Positions 1 through 9,600 of a stretch of DNA of 64,000 nucleotides are shown here, piece by piece. A model generated the notes under the pieces. It made no database searches and was not told where the DNA came from. It worked only from the letters and a program-made list of their open reading frames with translations. Numbering within the stretch: position 1 is the stretch's first letter; each line of letters begins with the position of its first letter. The translations under genes and the position numbers were made by a program. The stretch lies in contig CAVWLP010000002.1 in assembly GCA_963755915.1 (NCBI GenBank), positions 3,232,001-3,296,000 of the forward strand, read 5' to 3'. The stretch comes from an uncultured Phycisphaerales bacterium. Its GTDB lineage: Bacteria; Planctomycetota; Phycisphaerae; Tepidisphaerales; Tepidisphaeraceae.

Positions 1-456
1 AGGTTCTCGACGCAAGACGCCCATATCCTGCCGGAGAAGATCAGCGGCATCGAGCGTGGAACGACCTGGCTTCTCCAGCGGATCGAATGCATCGGGCCGC
101 ACGCCACGCAGTGGGCGCAGTCAATGCTTCAGCATCGCGGCATCGAAGGCGTGCGCGTGTTGATGGGGCTGCTGTCGCTGGCCAATCAGCAGCCGCGACC
201 GGCCGTGGAACGAGCCTGCGAGATTGCTCTGGGGCATGGCGCGTATCACCTGCGCTCCCTGCGGCAGCTCATCGAACACCAAAACGGCGCGCCGGTTCAA
301 CAACACTTCGAGTTTGTTCAGGAACATCCAATCATCCGCGGACTGGCCGATTACGGACAGTTCGTACGCGACGCAATCACCCAAGCGGAGGCTTTGCCTG
401 CCGCACAACCTTTACAGGCCTGCCCTGAGCAGAGCCGAAGGGAGTCCACCCCATGA
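1..456 (+). CDS. istA: IS21 transposase IstA, C-terminal part (5' truncated by window)
   Basis: Frame open from base 1 (RFSTQDAHILPEKISGIERG...IGPHATQWAQSML...GVRVLMGLLSL...VERACEIAL); stop overlaps istB start. Confidence 0.88.
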   Translation, partial: RFSTQDAHILPEKISGIERGTTWLLQRIECIGPHATQWAQSMLQHRGIEGVRVLMGLLSLANQQPRPAVERACEIALGHGAYHLRSLRQLIEHQNGAPVQQHFEFVQEHPIIRGLADYGQFVRDAITQAEALPAAQPLQACPEQSRRESTP

Positions 457-1343
457 GACCTTCGTTGATGCAGACGCTCAAGCAACTTCGGCTTTCAGGT
501 CTGGCGAGCAGCCTTGAAGTTCGCCTGAGCGAGGCGGCCGGCAATCGGCTCGACCACAGTGAGTTTTTGGAACTGATCCTTCAGGATGAACTGAACGTCC
601 GATCCAGCCGGCAGATCGGCCGGCGCGTCAAGGCGGCGATGTTCCGCGACACCAAAAACCTCGACGAGTTCGACTTCTCCTTCAACACCTCCATCAAACG
701 CAAACAGATTCACGATCTGGCCGCCGGCCAGTTCATTCGTGACAAACGTGACGTGCTCTTGCTGGGTCCGCCCGGCGTGGGCAAATCGTTTTTGGCCCAG
801 GCCATCGGACACCAGGCGATCAAGAGCGGCTTGGTGGTCCTGTACCGATCCATCTTCGACCTGGCCCGCGACTTTTTAGGCGACGAGGATCTGGGAGCCC
901 AGGACAAGACGCTGGCCCGGTATCTCAAGCCTGATCTGCTTATCATCGACGACATGGGAATGAAGCAGCTTCCGCGGCGCAGCGGCGAATGCCTGCTGGA
1001 GATCGTCATGCGCCGGCACGAGAACCGCTCGACGATGATGACCAGCAACCGTCCACTGGAGGACTGGGCCAAGCTGATCGGCGACGTGCCGGCGGCCACG
1101 GCCATTCTGGATCGGTTCCTGCAGCACGCCACGATCATCAACATCACCGGCAAGAGCTACCGCCTTCGGCATGGGGGCCATTCGACTTCGCTCACGGCAG
1201 GCCAATCCGGGACACCGGAAAAGACAAATCCAAAAGGACGGCGGAGTACCGCCGGCGATGAAGGGTGCTCCCCCCCGGAAGACACCGTGACAGAGCCGCC
1301 GTTGTCTTCTGATGTGGGGGTATCCGCCGGCCAGACGGCGTGA
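453..1343 (+). CDS. istB: IS21 helper AAA+ ATPase IstB
   Basis: LKQLRLSG N-terminus, FDFSFN, Walker A GPPGVGKS, Walker B LLIIDD, TSNRP, AILDRFLQH, GKSYR. Confidence 0.96.
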   Translation: MRPSLMQTLKQLRLSGLASSLEVRLSEAAGNRLDHSEFLELILQDELNVRSSRQIGRRVKAAMFRDTKNLDEFDFSFNTSIKRKQIHDLAAGQFIRDKRDVLLLGPPGVGKSFLAQAIGHQAIKSGLVVLYRSIFDLARDFLGDEDLGAQDKTLARYLKPDLLIIDDMGMKQLPRRSGECLLEIVMRRHENRSTMMTSNRPLEDWAKLIGDVPAATAILDRFLQHATIINITGKSYRLRHGGHSTSLTAGQSGTPEKTNPKGRRSTAGDEGCSPPEDTVTEPPLSSDVGVSAGQTA

Positions 1344-1413
1344 ACGGGGACCAATAACTCAAGGAACAGTTGCGTCGGATAGAACGGATGCGGTATAGAA
1401 TACGTCAGCACAT

Positions 1414-1465
1414 TGGCCGGTTTTGAAGCGCCCCGCCCTGGCTGGTTTTGGTGCGCCCCGTGACA
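1414..1465. repeat. IS21 right terminus with tandem transposase-binding repeats
   Basis: Two imperfect direct repeats TGGC(C/T)GGTTTTG..GCGCCCC followed by terminal CA. Confidence 0.85.
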
Positions 1466-2112
1466 CCATGGCCAACCTGGGCCGGTATGCCGAATCCCGG
1501 GCGTTTGTGATTGAGGCCCTGGATCCCCAGCCCGCGGCCAGCAATGAGGAGGTCATCCACCCCCATGTACAGAGCGGGGCCCTCTGCGCCGGGGATGCCA
1601 TGGCTCCCATAGCCAGCGCCCTTAAGGAGGGGCGGCTGGCCGATGCCTTCCTGGCTGTTAATTCCGTCCTTCACAACTACAACCCCTCCTCCCCCTACGT
1701 TGCCATTGAGGACTGGGAGGGCACCCGCTGCAACGACTGCGAGTGCCTGGTGGATGGGGATCGCAGCTACTTCTGCCACGGCTGTGAAAACAGGGTCTGT
1801 GATGAATGCTCCCGCTGCTGCGATGTCTGTGATGATGTCTATTGCCTCAACTGTCTGGAAACGATCGAGGACCCGGAGCTGAAGTACCTGTGTGAACACT
1901 GCCGGGCCCGGTGTGAGGGATGTGACGGTTTTGCCGTTGCAGATGAACTCAAGGAGGGTCTTTGTCCCAACTGCTTTAATCAACAAGAACAGGAGAATAC
2001 CGATGAACAGTCAAACTCTGATTCCGCCGCCCAGGATAGCGGCGCAGCGATCGCCGGTGCCGGCGGAACTAATCCCGGCTCGCCTCAAACAGCAGTCTCG
2101 GCGCCAGCCTGA
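1466..2112 (+). pseudogene. Prokaryotic E2-like (ubiquitin-conjugating fold) protein with Cys-rich Zn-finger tail; 5' part probably cut off by IS21
   Basis: VIHPHVQSGALCAG resembles the E2 HPx...C catalytic signature; eight CxxC pairs follow; frame begins exactly at the IS end; upstream of JAB and ThiF remnants. Confidence 0.65.
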
Positions 2113-2388
2113 GAGGCGTCAAAGTGTCCTGCGCTTTGCTCCTCTGGCGTGGCTGAAGCTGCGACTCTTTCTTCATGCCGGAGAGACGGAGGATGGATGA
2201 GTATGGGAGCGGCGGTGTTCCCGGAGGAATTTGTGCGGCCTACGGTACGGGTTTCGGCTCCCCATCCGTCACCCCGCACTCTTCTGGACCGCCCGGACAT
2301 GCTGGATGAACTGTATGACCGGGCATTCCTGGATGAGCGGATGGAGGAGCTTTACCTGGCGTCCATGCCGGAGGAGGCATGCTCATGA
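2003..2388 (+). pseudogene. JAB/MPN peptidase-like gene with internal deletion
   Basis: AGGAG RBS and ATG 2003; LRFAPLAWLKLRLFLHAGETE matches the N-terminus of planctomycete JAB proteins but stops at 2200 with no HxH motif; an acidic tail in another frame ends at TGA 2388 overlapping ThiF ATG 2385. Confidence 0.6.
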
Positions 2389-3062
2389 CCACGGTAACAG
2401 AGGTGCCTGATCTATCCCTTCGGGATATCCGGCAGAGAGATTTGGTGCCGCCTGAGAAGCTCGCCGGCTGTCATGCCCTTGTTATTGGCGTGGGAGCCGT
2501 GGGCCGGCAGGTAGCTCTACAGCTTGCCGCGACGGGAATATTCCGGATGACCCTGATCGATCACGATGTCGTGGCGGTCGAAAACCTCGCCCCCCAGGGT
2601 TACTGGCCGGACGATTTGGGCAAAGTCAAAGTAGAAGCGATGGCCCAGCTGTGTCGGAAGATCAACCCGCAAATCGAGCTTGATCTCTATACCGAGCGGT
2701 TCCGCCGTTCGTCGGTAAAGAGCCTGGGCTGCTTTACACAAAGCGATCGCAGGCTCGCGGTCTTTTGCTGCGTTGATTCGATTGAGGTCCGGGCCATTGT
2801 CTGGGAAGCGGTTCGGCATCTGGCATCATTTTTTGTCGATGCGCGGATGGCGGCGGAGGTGGTGCGGGTGCTGGCGTCGGAATGACCGAGTAGTGACACC
2901 CATTACGGCACGACTCTGTTTCCGGCGGCTGAGGCGCATACCGGCTCCTGCACGGCCAAAAGCACGATCTATACCGCCAGCATTGCCGCGGGATTGATGA
3001 TGGCTCAGTTTACGCGCTGGCTGCGGGGATCGGCCAGCAATTTGGCCAGCTCTTCATCATAA
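2379..3062 (+). pseudogene. ThiF/E1-like adenylyltransferase with in-frame TGA at 2883-2885
   Basis: RQRDLVP, VIGVGAVG, LIDHDVVAVENLAPQG, GKVKV, FCCVDS, DARM; same frame continues past the stop as [43 protein letters not shown]. Confidence 0.88.
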
Positions 3063-3447
3063 GGCTTCGCGTTTTCGGATGCGCGGCATCGGGCGCGCTC
3101 TGCTTCAAGCTTGTTGATGATGTAGTTGCGGACGGCCCGCGAGATAGTTGCGGAACCGGCCGACAGGCGAAGCGTGTTCAAATAGCTTGCCCGTCAGGAA
3201 ATGAGACAAAAGAAAATCCTGTTTCCAGTCCTCAGCATCCTGTGGGCGATGTGGAATCCGCTTCTGAAAAAGTCGCAGGAGGGGGTGATCGTATAGCTCA
3301 ATAAGCGTCCTCCGAGCAGCTTGCGCCGGCGATCTCAATTCCTCGTGCCCGAACGATCTTTGTCCACGCAGTCGGTGGACACATCTCTTCCAACACAGAC
3401 GGACGATCTCCCCCTGTTGCCCTCCCGGCAGATCCGGCGGTGCCCAT
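3030..3447 (-). pseudogene. ECF sigma factor remnant (region 2 only, two frameshifts, 3' truncated)
   Basis: Pieces PPTAWTKIVRARG / LIELYDHPLLRLFQKR...QDAEDWKQDF...GRFRNYL / AVRNYIINKLEAERAR resemble planctomycete-type ECF sigma N-termini; no region 4. Confidence 0.65.
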
Positions 3448-3585
3448 TACAATCTGGTGATTGTCCATTATTCGGTCGCTCCTGGGTGCAAATCACACGA
3501 TTACATTATCGCTTGATGCGTAAATCGCTTCAAGATGGTTATGCTTAAAGCGCATCAACTTCGCTTTGGCGGATAGTTCCCGCCG

Positions 3586-3831
3586 ATGCCGACCAAGCGA
3601 AATCAGGCCCTGATTTACCGAAAGGTTCCGAGTTTTTTACGGGAAATGCGGGAAAAGGCCCGACTGACCCAGCGACAGTTAGCGAATCGAATTCATCAGA
3701 GCCAATGGTGGGTCGCGAGGTCTGAAACGGGAAGCCGGCGATTGGACGTGGCCGAATTCATTGAATTCTGCATCGGCTGTCGGCGCGATCCTTCCAAGGC
3801 GCTCACAGAATTGGCCGAAATGCGTCGTTGA
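3586..3831 (+). CDS. XRE-family HTH transcriptional regulator
   Basis: LREMREKARLTQRQLANRI...VARSETGSRRLDVAEF. Confidence 0.9.
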   Translation: MPTKRNQALIYRKVPSFLREMREKARLTQRQLANRIHQSQWWVARSETGSRRLDVAEFIEFCIGCRRDPSKALTELAEMRR

Positions 3832-3899
3832 TCTCGCGTTGCGATACTGGTGGCGTTTTGTCGCCGGCGCCGGATTGTCGACGCAATTGGGCAACCGCG

Positions 3900-4096
3900 T
3901 GGAATCATCGCAACGGCAATTGGCTGAAGCGCTGGGGCGTGAACAAAATCTGATTGGCCGCATCGAGACGGGTCAGCGGCGAATCGATTTAATCGAGTGG
4001 GTGGGAATCTGCCGGGCCTGCAAGGTGGATCCGGAAGTTGAAATCGCGCGGCTGGTGCGGCAGATCAAGCCGCTGGTGCCCCAGCGGCGGCGATGA
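3900..4096 (+). CDS. Second XRE-family HTH protein (start uncertain, probably 5' damaged)
   Basis: SQRQLAEALGREQNLIGRIETGQRRIDLIEW in ORF 3761-4096; upstream part is not XRE-like. Confidence 0.65.
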
Positions 4097-4205
4097 GATG
4101 GACAACTGCCCGGGCAACTTGCAATTAACAATCGCGGCTTCAACCTTTCTGGTCGCCGTAGCTTTATATTGACATTGTTATAGCAAACCGATAAATGCCT
4201 CCACA

Positions 4206-4655
4206 ATGACCAGCGCAACCACCCTCTCAAAAGCCCTAAACGCGATCAAAACGGAGTTGGAAACACTGCGTCGGAAGAAAGTGGAGGCCATCCTTCGGCC
4301 TCTTCACCGCGAGCGGCGGAAACTTCAGGCGAGAGTCGAAAAGATCAACCAGTTGATCGATCGAGCACTCGGTAAGGCCGTGGTCGGAAAAGCAATTGCT
4401 TCAATCCCGGCAACAAACGGGAGAGGGCCCAGAAGTAGAAAACGTATCCGCCGAAGCGGCGAGGAGTTGAAAAAGATCGCCAATAGCGTCGTCGAATTCA
4501 TCAAATCAAAGGGTACGGCTGGCGTAACTCCCGCGGAGATCAAAGCAGCGTTTGGCCAGCTATTTCCAAGTCCACCGCAATTCGTCAAGAAGCACGCTGG
4601 AGTGCAGCTTAAGCGAAAGGGACACGCCAAGCGGCCGAGGTATTTCCATAGCTGA
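4206..4655 (+). CDS. Basic hypothetical protein: N-terminal coiled coil, K/R linker, C-terminal winged-helix-like domain
   Basis: 149 aa, very K/R-rich; heptad pattern then VVEFIKSKGTAGVTPAEIKAAF...RKGHAKRPRYF; TTGACA at 4169-4174 upstream. Confidence 0.7.
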   Translation: MTSATTLSKALNAIKTELETLRRKKVEAILRPLHRERRKLQARVEKINQLIDRALGKAVVGKAIASIPATNGRGPRSRKRIRRSGEELKKIANSVVEFIKSKGTAGVTPAEIKAAFGQLFPSPPQFVKKHAGVQLKRKGHAKRPRYFHS

Positions 4656-4718
4656 ATGATTTCGTATCGGCTGCACGCTTAATCACAGAGGCAAGCAACG
4701 CGAAAAGGGGAAAATAAG

Positions 4719-4955
4719 ATGGCGTCCGGAAAAAGCATTATTCGTATATCGCTCAGCGCAGAGGATATCCGCGCGCTTGAAAAGCTATGTGAAAAGCGAG
4801 GCATGACACAGATTTCACTGGTTTCCCGAATGGTAGAGTGGCTGGCGCGCCAGGATTATGACACCCAGAGCGATATCCTCACTTCCGGCTCGGAAGATGC
4901 GTCGAAGAAAACCCTGAAGTTGCTGAGGCGGATGGCGGCTCCGCGAAAAACATGA
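4719..4955 (+). CDS. Ribbon-helix-helix-like DNA-binding protein
   Basis: IIRISL strand then AEDIRALEKLCEKRGMTQISLVSRMVEW. Confidence 0.7.
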   Translation: MASGKSIIRISLSAEDIRALEKLCEKRGMTQISLVSRMVEWLARQDYDTQSDILTSGSEDASKKTLKLLRRMAAPRKT

Positions 4956-5039
4956 GTCGGCGTACGGCGCGACTTGCCTTACCAAATCCGTGAGCGATGT
5001 ATGAACCGCACCCACTCCTGCCCTCGACGGCATCGGGTT

Positions 5040-5100
5040 CCTCCGGAAGGTTCGTCATCAGATGCGCGAGGAAATGCTGGGGATCGATGCGATGCCGCTT
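5040..5100 (-). mobile_element. IS66 transposase C-terminal scrap
   Basis: KRHRIDPQHFLAHLMTNLP, similar to the second scrap at 13758-13892. Confidence 0.55.
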
Positions 5101-5498
5101 CAATGGGCCCGGCTTCGTCACCCTCAAAAGACGAAACTCAGAATGACATTCCCCCGACTGCCCTCGGCCCTGTCAGCGATTCGCATGGCTGAGTCTGGTG
5201 AGATTCTAAAAAACGTTTTTAGACTCAGCTGATCCAGTTACCAACTCCCCAGGACGGTTTACGGCCCAAGCTCGGCTTTATTGGGCCGCCAGGGCCTCCA
5301 GAACGAAGCCAGAGCAGTTAAGGAGTGGAAAAGGCGTAGGAACATTGGGGCATCAGGGTTCGTCTGGCGGGGGGGAATAGGGCGGGCGATAGATTTACCC
5401 TCGCGGCGAGTGCCATCTCAACTTCCACTCGTCGGGCTGCCAATCGGCGTGGATGATAGATTCTGCTTCTAAATTGCGGTCCCCGGCAAATTCGCCGC

Positions 5499-5921
5499 CT
5501 AGAGCGATCGAAGCGCCTTGGCCGCCTTGTTGGCGTCGGCCGGGTTATCCATGCCGAGGTAGGCGACGAAATTCCGCCCGATAACGGCCATGGAAATGCC
5601 GCGAACGTTCACGCCGGCCTCGGCGATCGCCGCGGTGATTTTGCCGCCCAGGCCAGGCTTATCGGTTCCCTCGATCCGCAGCGTGACAATGTGCGCCGCG
5701 GCTGACAAGCCCGCAGCCTTGGCCGCGGCAGTCACCTTGCTTCCCTTGATCGGCGTAACAAAAACGCTCCCTTGTCCAGGGCTCGCCGGATTGCGCCTGG
5801 CGATGACACATTCGAGGTCTGCTCCCGCAGCCCCGATGATCTGTAACACTTTAGCCAGGCCGCCGGGTACGTCGCTGATTTCCCCAGCCCACACATCCAC
5901 TTTGGAAATCTTTAATGACAT
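5499..5921 (-). CDS. Tandem ACT-domain protein
   Basis: AAAGGAG RBS before ATG 5921; EISDVPGGLAKVL and EGTDKPGLGGKITAAIAEAGVNV. Confidence 0.9.
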   Translation of the reverse strand: MSLKISKVDVWAGEISDVPGGLAKVLQIIGAAGADLECVIARRNPASPGQGSVFVTPIKGSKVTAAAKAAGLSAAAHIVTLRIEGTDKPGLGGKITAAIAEAGVNVRGISMAVIGRNFVAYLGMDNPADANKAAKALRSL

Positions 5922-6646
5922 GGCTTCTCCTTTCACTGTCGGGATCGAGAAATGTTTCTGCAATTCAGGCATTCTAACACGGCATGTCTCGGGTAACACA
6001 GCTGCGGCGCCGGTATGAATGGAGATGGCTCAGATTCCAGGGGGAGCCGGCAGCACAAAGTTTCTTTCAAAGGATTCGTCGGTGCCTGCGGATCGGCAGT
6101 TGATTGCCGGTCCGCGGCATCGGCGATAACGATGGAGTGCACAGAAACGCGAAACTCTTTTTCTTTAGCCGTTGTGGGGCACAGTGACCCCTGATTCACG
6201 TTCGCTAAGGTCCGTCAGTGGCGGAGTGTGCCAGGTAAGAGCGAGGCCAGTGTCGCCGTGACGAACCCAGCGCATCAGGAAACTGAGCGGGGCGGTGGCT
6301 CGGGCGCGGAAGATCAGGAACTGGTTCGGCGCACACAAGCGAACACCACGGAAGCGCTGATGACATTCATTGGAGCGATCGCTTGGCCTGCTCAAGTTCG
6401 AAGGGGTGCCGCACCTCGGTCGGCCAGCTAAGCGCGGAGCGAGGCCGAGATGATCTACTTCATCCAATGGCGAGTTTTTCCATTTAGGAAGCCTGGGCGA
6501 GCGCATCAGGCAAGCGAAAGGCCGAAGGCTTCCATTCATGGAAAGCGGCCTTGGCAGCTTGCCGGGCCTGGCGGCGGTTTTAGACGTCGCCGTCCATAAA
6601 GGCCGCGTGTCGCGGATCGCGGCAGCGGGAGGGTATAAGCCTCCGA

Positions 6647-9600
6647 TTACGGACGCAAATGCTTCGGCGGAGGGGAGGCCGTAATTGTGAACGGATTGGA
6701 AGTGTCGGCGACGCAAAAGTCGAGGAACACTTCGAGCCTGTAGGTGCCGCCCGCGTTCACGGAGAGATTGCTGAACGTGGCGACGCCATTCACGGCCCGA
6801 ACCCGGGTTGTGCCGGAAAGAATTCCCTGATGACCGCTCGTTTCCAGGAAGAGCGTGACCGTTGAGTTGAAGCCGGTTTCGAGATTGCCGTATTGATCCT
6901 CGACATCGACGACGACCGGGCCGATCTGGTCTCCCGCGCCGGTGCTATTGGGCTCATCGACAAACACGAGCCTGGCCGGCGCGGCGGGAGTGATCTTGAA
7001 GCTGTCGGTGAGCGCCGAAGTGTCGGTGCCGTCGGTGGCCTTGAGGGTGTAAGTGCCGGCGGTGGTGAGGTAGAGATTCCAGAAGATGGCAACGCCATGG
7101 AATGCGCGGACGCTGACCTGGCCGTGGAGATTTCCAGGGCCGGAAACGACGCTGAGAGTTACCGTGGAATCGTCGGAAGTCGCCAGTTTGCCCTTGTTGT
7201 TTTCGATGTAGACGACCACGGGTCCGAGCCAGCCGGCCTCGGTCGTGCGCGGCTCGACCAGGAACTCGAGTTTGTTCGTCGCCGGAGCAGGGGTAATCAC
7301 GAACGTAACCGCGGTGCTCATCACCGGCGCGTAGTCCGTGCTGCCGGCGAACGAACCTACGAAGGTGTAGGTGCCGGCGGTGCTGGGCGCGTCGCTCGTG
7401 CCGTTTCCATTTACAGTGCTGCCGATGTAGTAGGTGAAGGTTGGGCTGACGCCCTCGAGGCTGCCGGAGGGTGACACGCCGAGCGCGCTGAGCGTCGCCG
7501 TCGCCGGGTAGGTTGAGCCGTTGGCAACACCGCCGGCGTCGGAGACGGTAAGTGTCGGTGTAATCAACTCACCTTGCTGCTGAATCGATCCGGTGAATCC
7601 GGTTGTGCCGCCTGGAGTCGAGAACGTGGAGCCGTTCTCAACGATGATGGTTCCGCCGCCGGTGAGCGCGCCGGAGGTGACGATCTGGCTGCCGGCGCCT
7701 TCGATTTCGAGCGTCGCGCCCGCAGCAACCGTGATACCGGCTGGGAACGTCAAAAGGCCGTCCAATATCAGCGTGCCGCTTTCCAGATCGATCGGATTTC
7801 CGACGATGGGATCGGTAATGGTGGCCACAGTCGTGAAGTTCGATGTGGAAGATTGCTGCCGGCCGACACCGATGGTTCCGATGAAATAGGCGATCACACC
7901 GGGGGGCGCAATTGGGGCACCGAAAGGATAGTTCTGGGAGGCTAAGACTAAGATTGTGCCGCCGCTGCTGTTCACCTGGCCGGTGTAGCTCGGATTGCTG
8001 CTGGCCACTTCAAGAGTATCCAACCCGTTCTGAAGTGAAATATTTCCGGCGCCCGACAGAGTGCCGAATAACGCAATATCGCCGGTGAGAAGCAGCGTTC
8101 CATTGGTGATGGTTAACGAGCCTTCCAGTTTAAACCGCGTGGTACCGGCGGCGATTGTGGGACTGTTCGTCGCCACGATTGGGTTGCTGACGCCCGTGTA
8201 ATTGGTGCCGTTGGGATTCGACGCGACGGCGTTCAGGAGGGTGGCGCCGTTGAGCGTCAGAGTACCCGATCCAAAGGGGTGAACGTCGGCAATGTCATTA
8301 TCAATGGCAACTGCGCCAGCAGCGAGGGTAATCGGACCGGTGTAATCGAAATCGCCGGTATACATCCCGGCGGCGTCGGTGGTGAGGGTGCCCGCCTGCA
8401 TGTTGATGCCGCCGGCGCCGGTGATGGTGCCGAGATTCGAGCCGGCTCCCTCCAGTATCACCTTTCCTGTGCTTACCGTGATCTGGTTGGCTCCTCCGTT
8501 CAAGATGGCGCCGCCGATGATCAACGAGCTAAGCGGGCCTCCCGATGTCTGCGGCTCATCGGGTATGGCGATGGGGGCCGTGCTGGTGCCCGACAAAATC
8601 GCCGAGCCGATTCCATAGATATTCAGCGTGCCAGTTCCCTGAACGCCACCGGCGAGATTCAGAACGTCCGACGCGGAACTGGTGAAGATGTGGTCGTCGC
8701 CCGTTCCGGTCATCACCGGATTGCTGAAGGCGATCGAACCTTGCGTTTGCAGGAAGGTGCCGCTCTGGTAAACAAGGGTGTTATCCAGAGTCACCGTTTG
8801 AGAATTGCCCTGGGTATTGATGAGCAAGGGAACGATGGAACTGGGGCCCTGTGGATTGGCGATGATGAGCTGACCGGCGCCGAGGACGGATGTGCCTGGG
8901 GTGGCGTTGATAACGTCCTGAACGTTCATTCCCTGGTCGATGATGATGTTGCCGGTAAATTGGCCGACGGAGGCCGAAGAAGCGAGGGTTCCGACCTTGA
9001 GTTCGATAGCGCCGGTGCTCTGGAGGTTGGTCAATAGATTTACGGTACCGGCGTCGATGACGATCTGGCCATCGCTGGTGCTGGTTGCGCCATTCAAGGT
9101 GCCGGAGAGGTTGAGAACGGGTGCGGTACCATTGAGGTCGAAGACGACGCCGTTGGCAACGGTGCCACTGATGGAAACGGTGTTCGAGGTGAGGGAGGAG
9201 TCGAGGGTGGCAGTTCCGGCAAGGGTGCCGGTGAAGGAGAGGTTGGTGCCGGCGGTGGCGGTGAGGGTGCTATTGGCGTTAACGGTGACTGTACCGGCGA
9301 AATTTGTATTGCCGGTGACGTTGACGGTGGCGCCCTGGAACACGATGGGGGTGTCGATTGCGAGCGAGGCAGTGGAGGAGCCATCAACGAGGTATGGGCC
9401 GGTGGTTCCAGAGGTGTTTGTCGGGGCGGCAAATATGAGTTGACCGATGCCAAGGACGCTGGTGGCGGTGGTGGCGAGGACTTCGGCGGTGAGGCCGGTT
9501 TGCGGGGTTTCGGCGGAGATATTGCCGCCGTAGTTGGGAGCGCCGGCGGCGATGAGTGTGCCGGACTGGATGTCGATGCCACCGTTGCCAGTGAGAGTGT

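Larger units (their letters stand above)
1..1465 (+). mobile_element. IS21-family insertion sequence, right part (left end outside window)
   Basis: istA 3' end and istB with ATGA overlap, then two tandem ~21-bp repeats (tggccggttttgaagcgcccc 1414-1434; tggctggttttggtgcgcccc 1439-1459) ending in ...GTGACA at 1465, as expected for an IS21 end. Confidence 0.92.

Noticed and set aside
1423-1465. Listed start of ORF 1423-2112
   Set aside because: These codons lie within the IS21 terminal repeats and are not part of the host gene
2883-2885. Selenocysteine at the ThiF TGA
   Set aside because: Not at a recognised Cys position and neighbouring genes are also broken
3586-4955. Toxin-antitoxin system
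   Set aside because: XRE and RHH genes present but no toxin-like ORF recognised
6258-6365. EDQELVRRTQA resembling an ECF sigma N-terminus
   Set aside because: Too short, with no continuing region 2 motif
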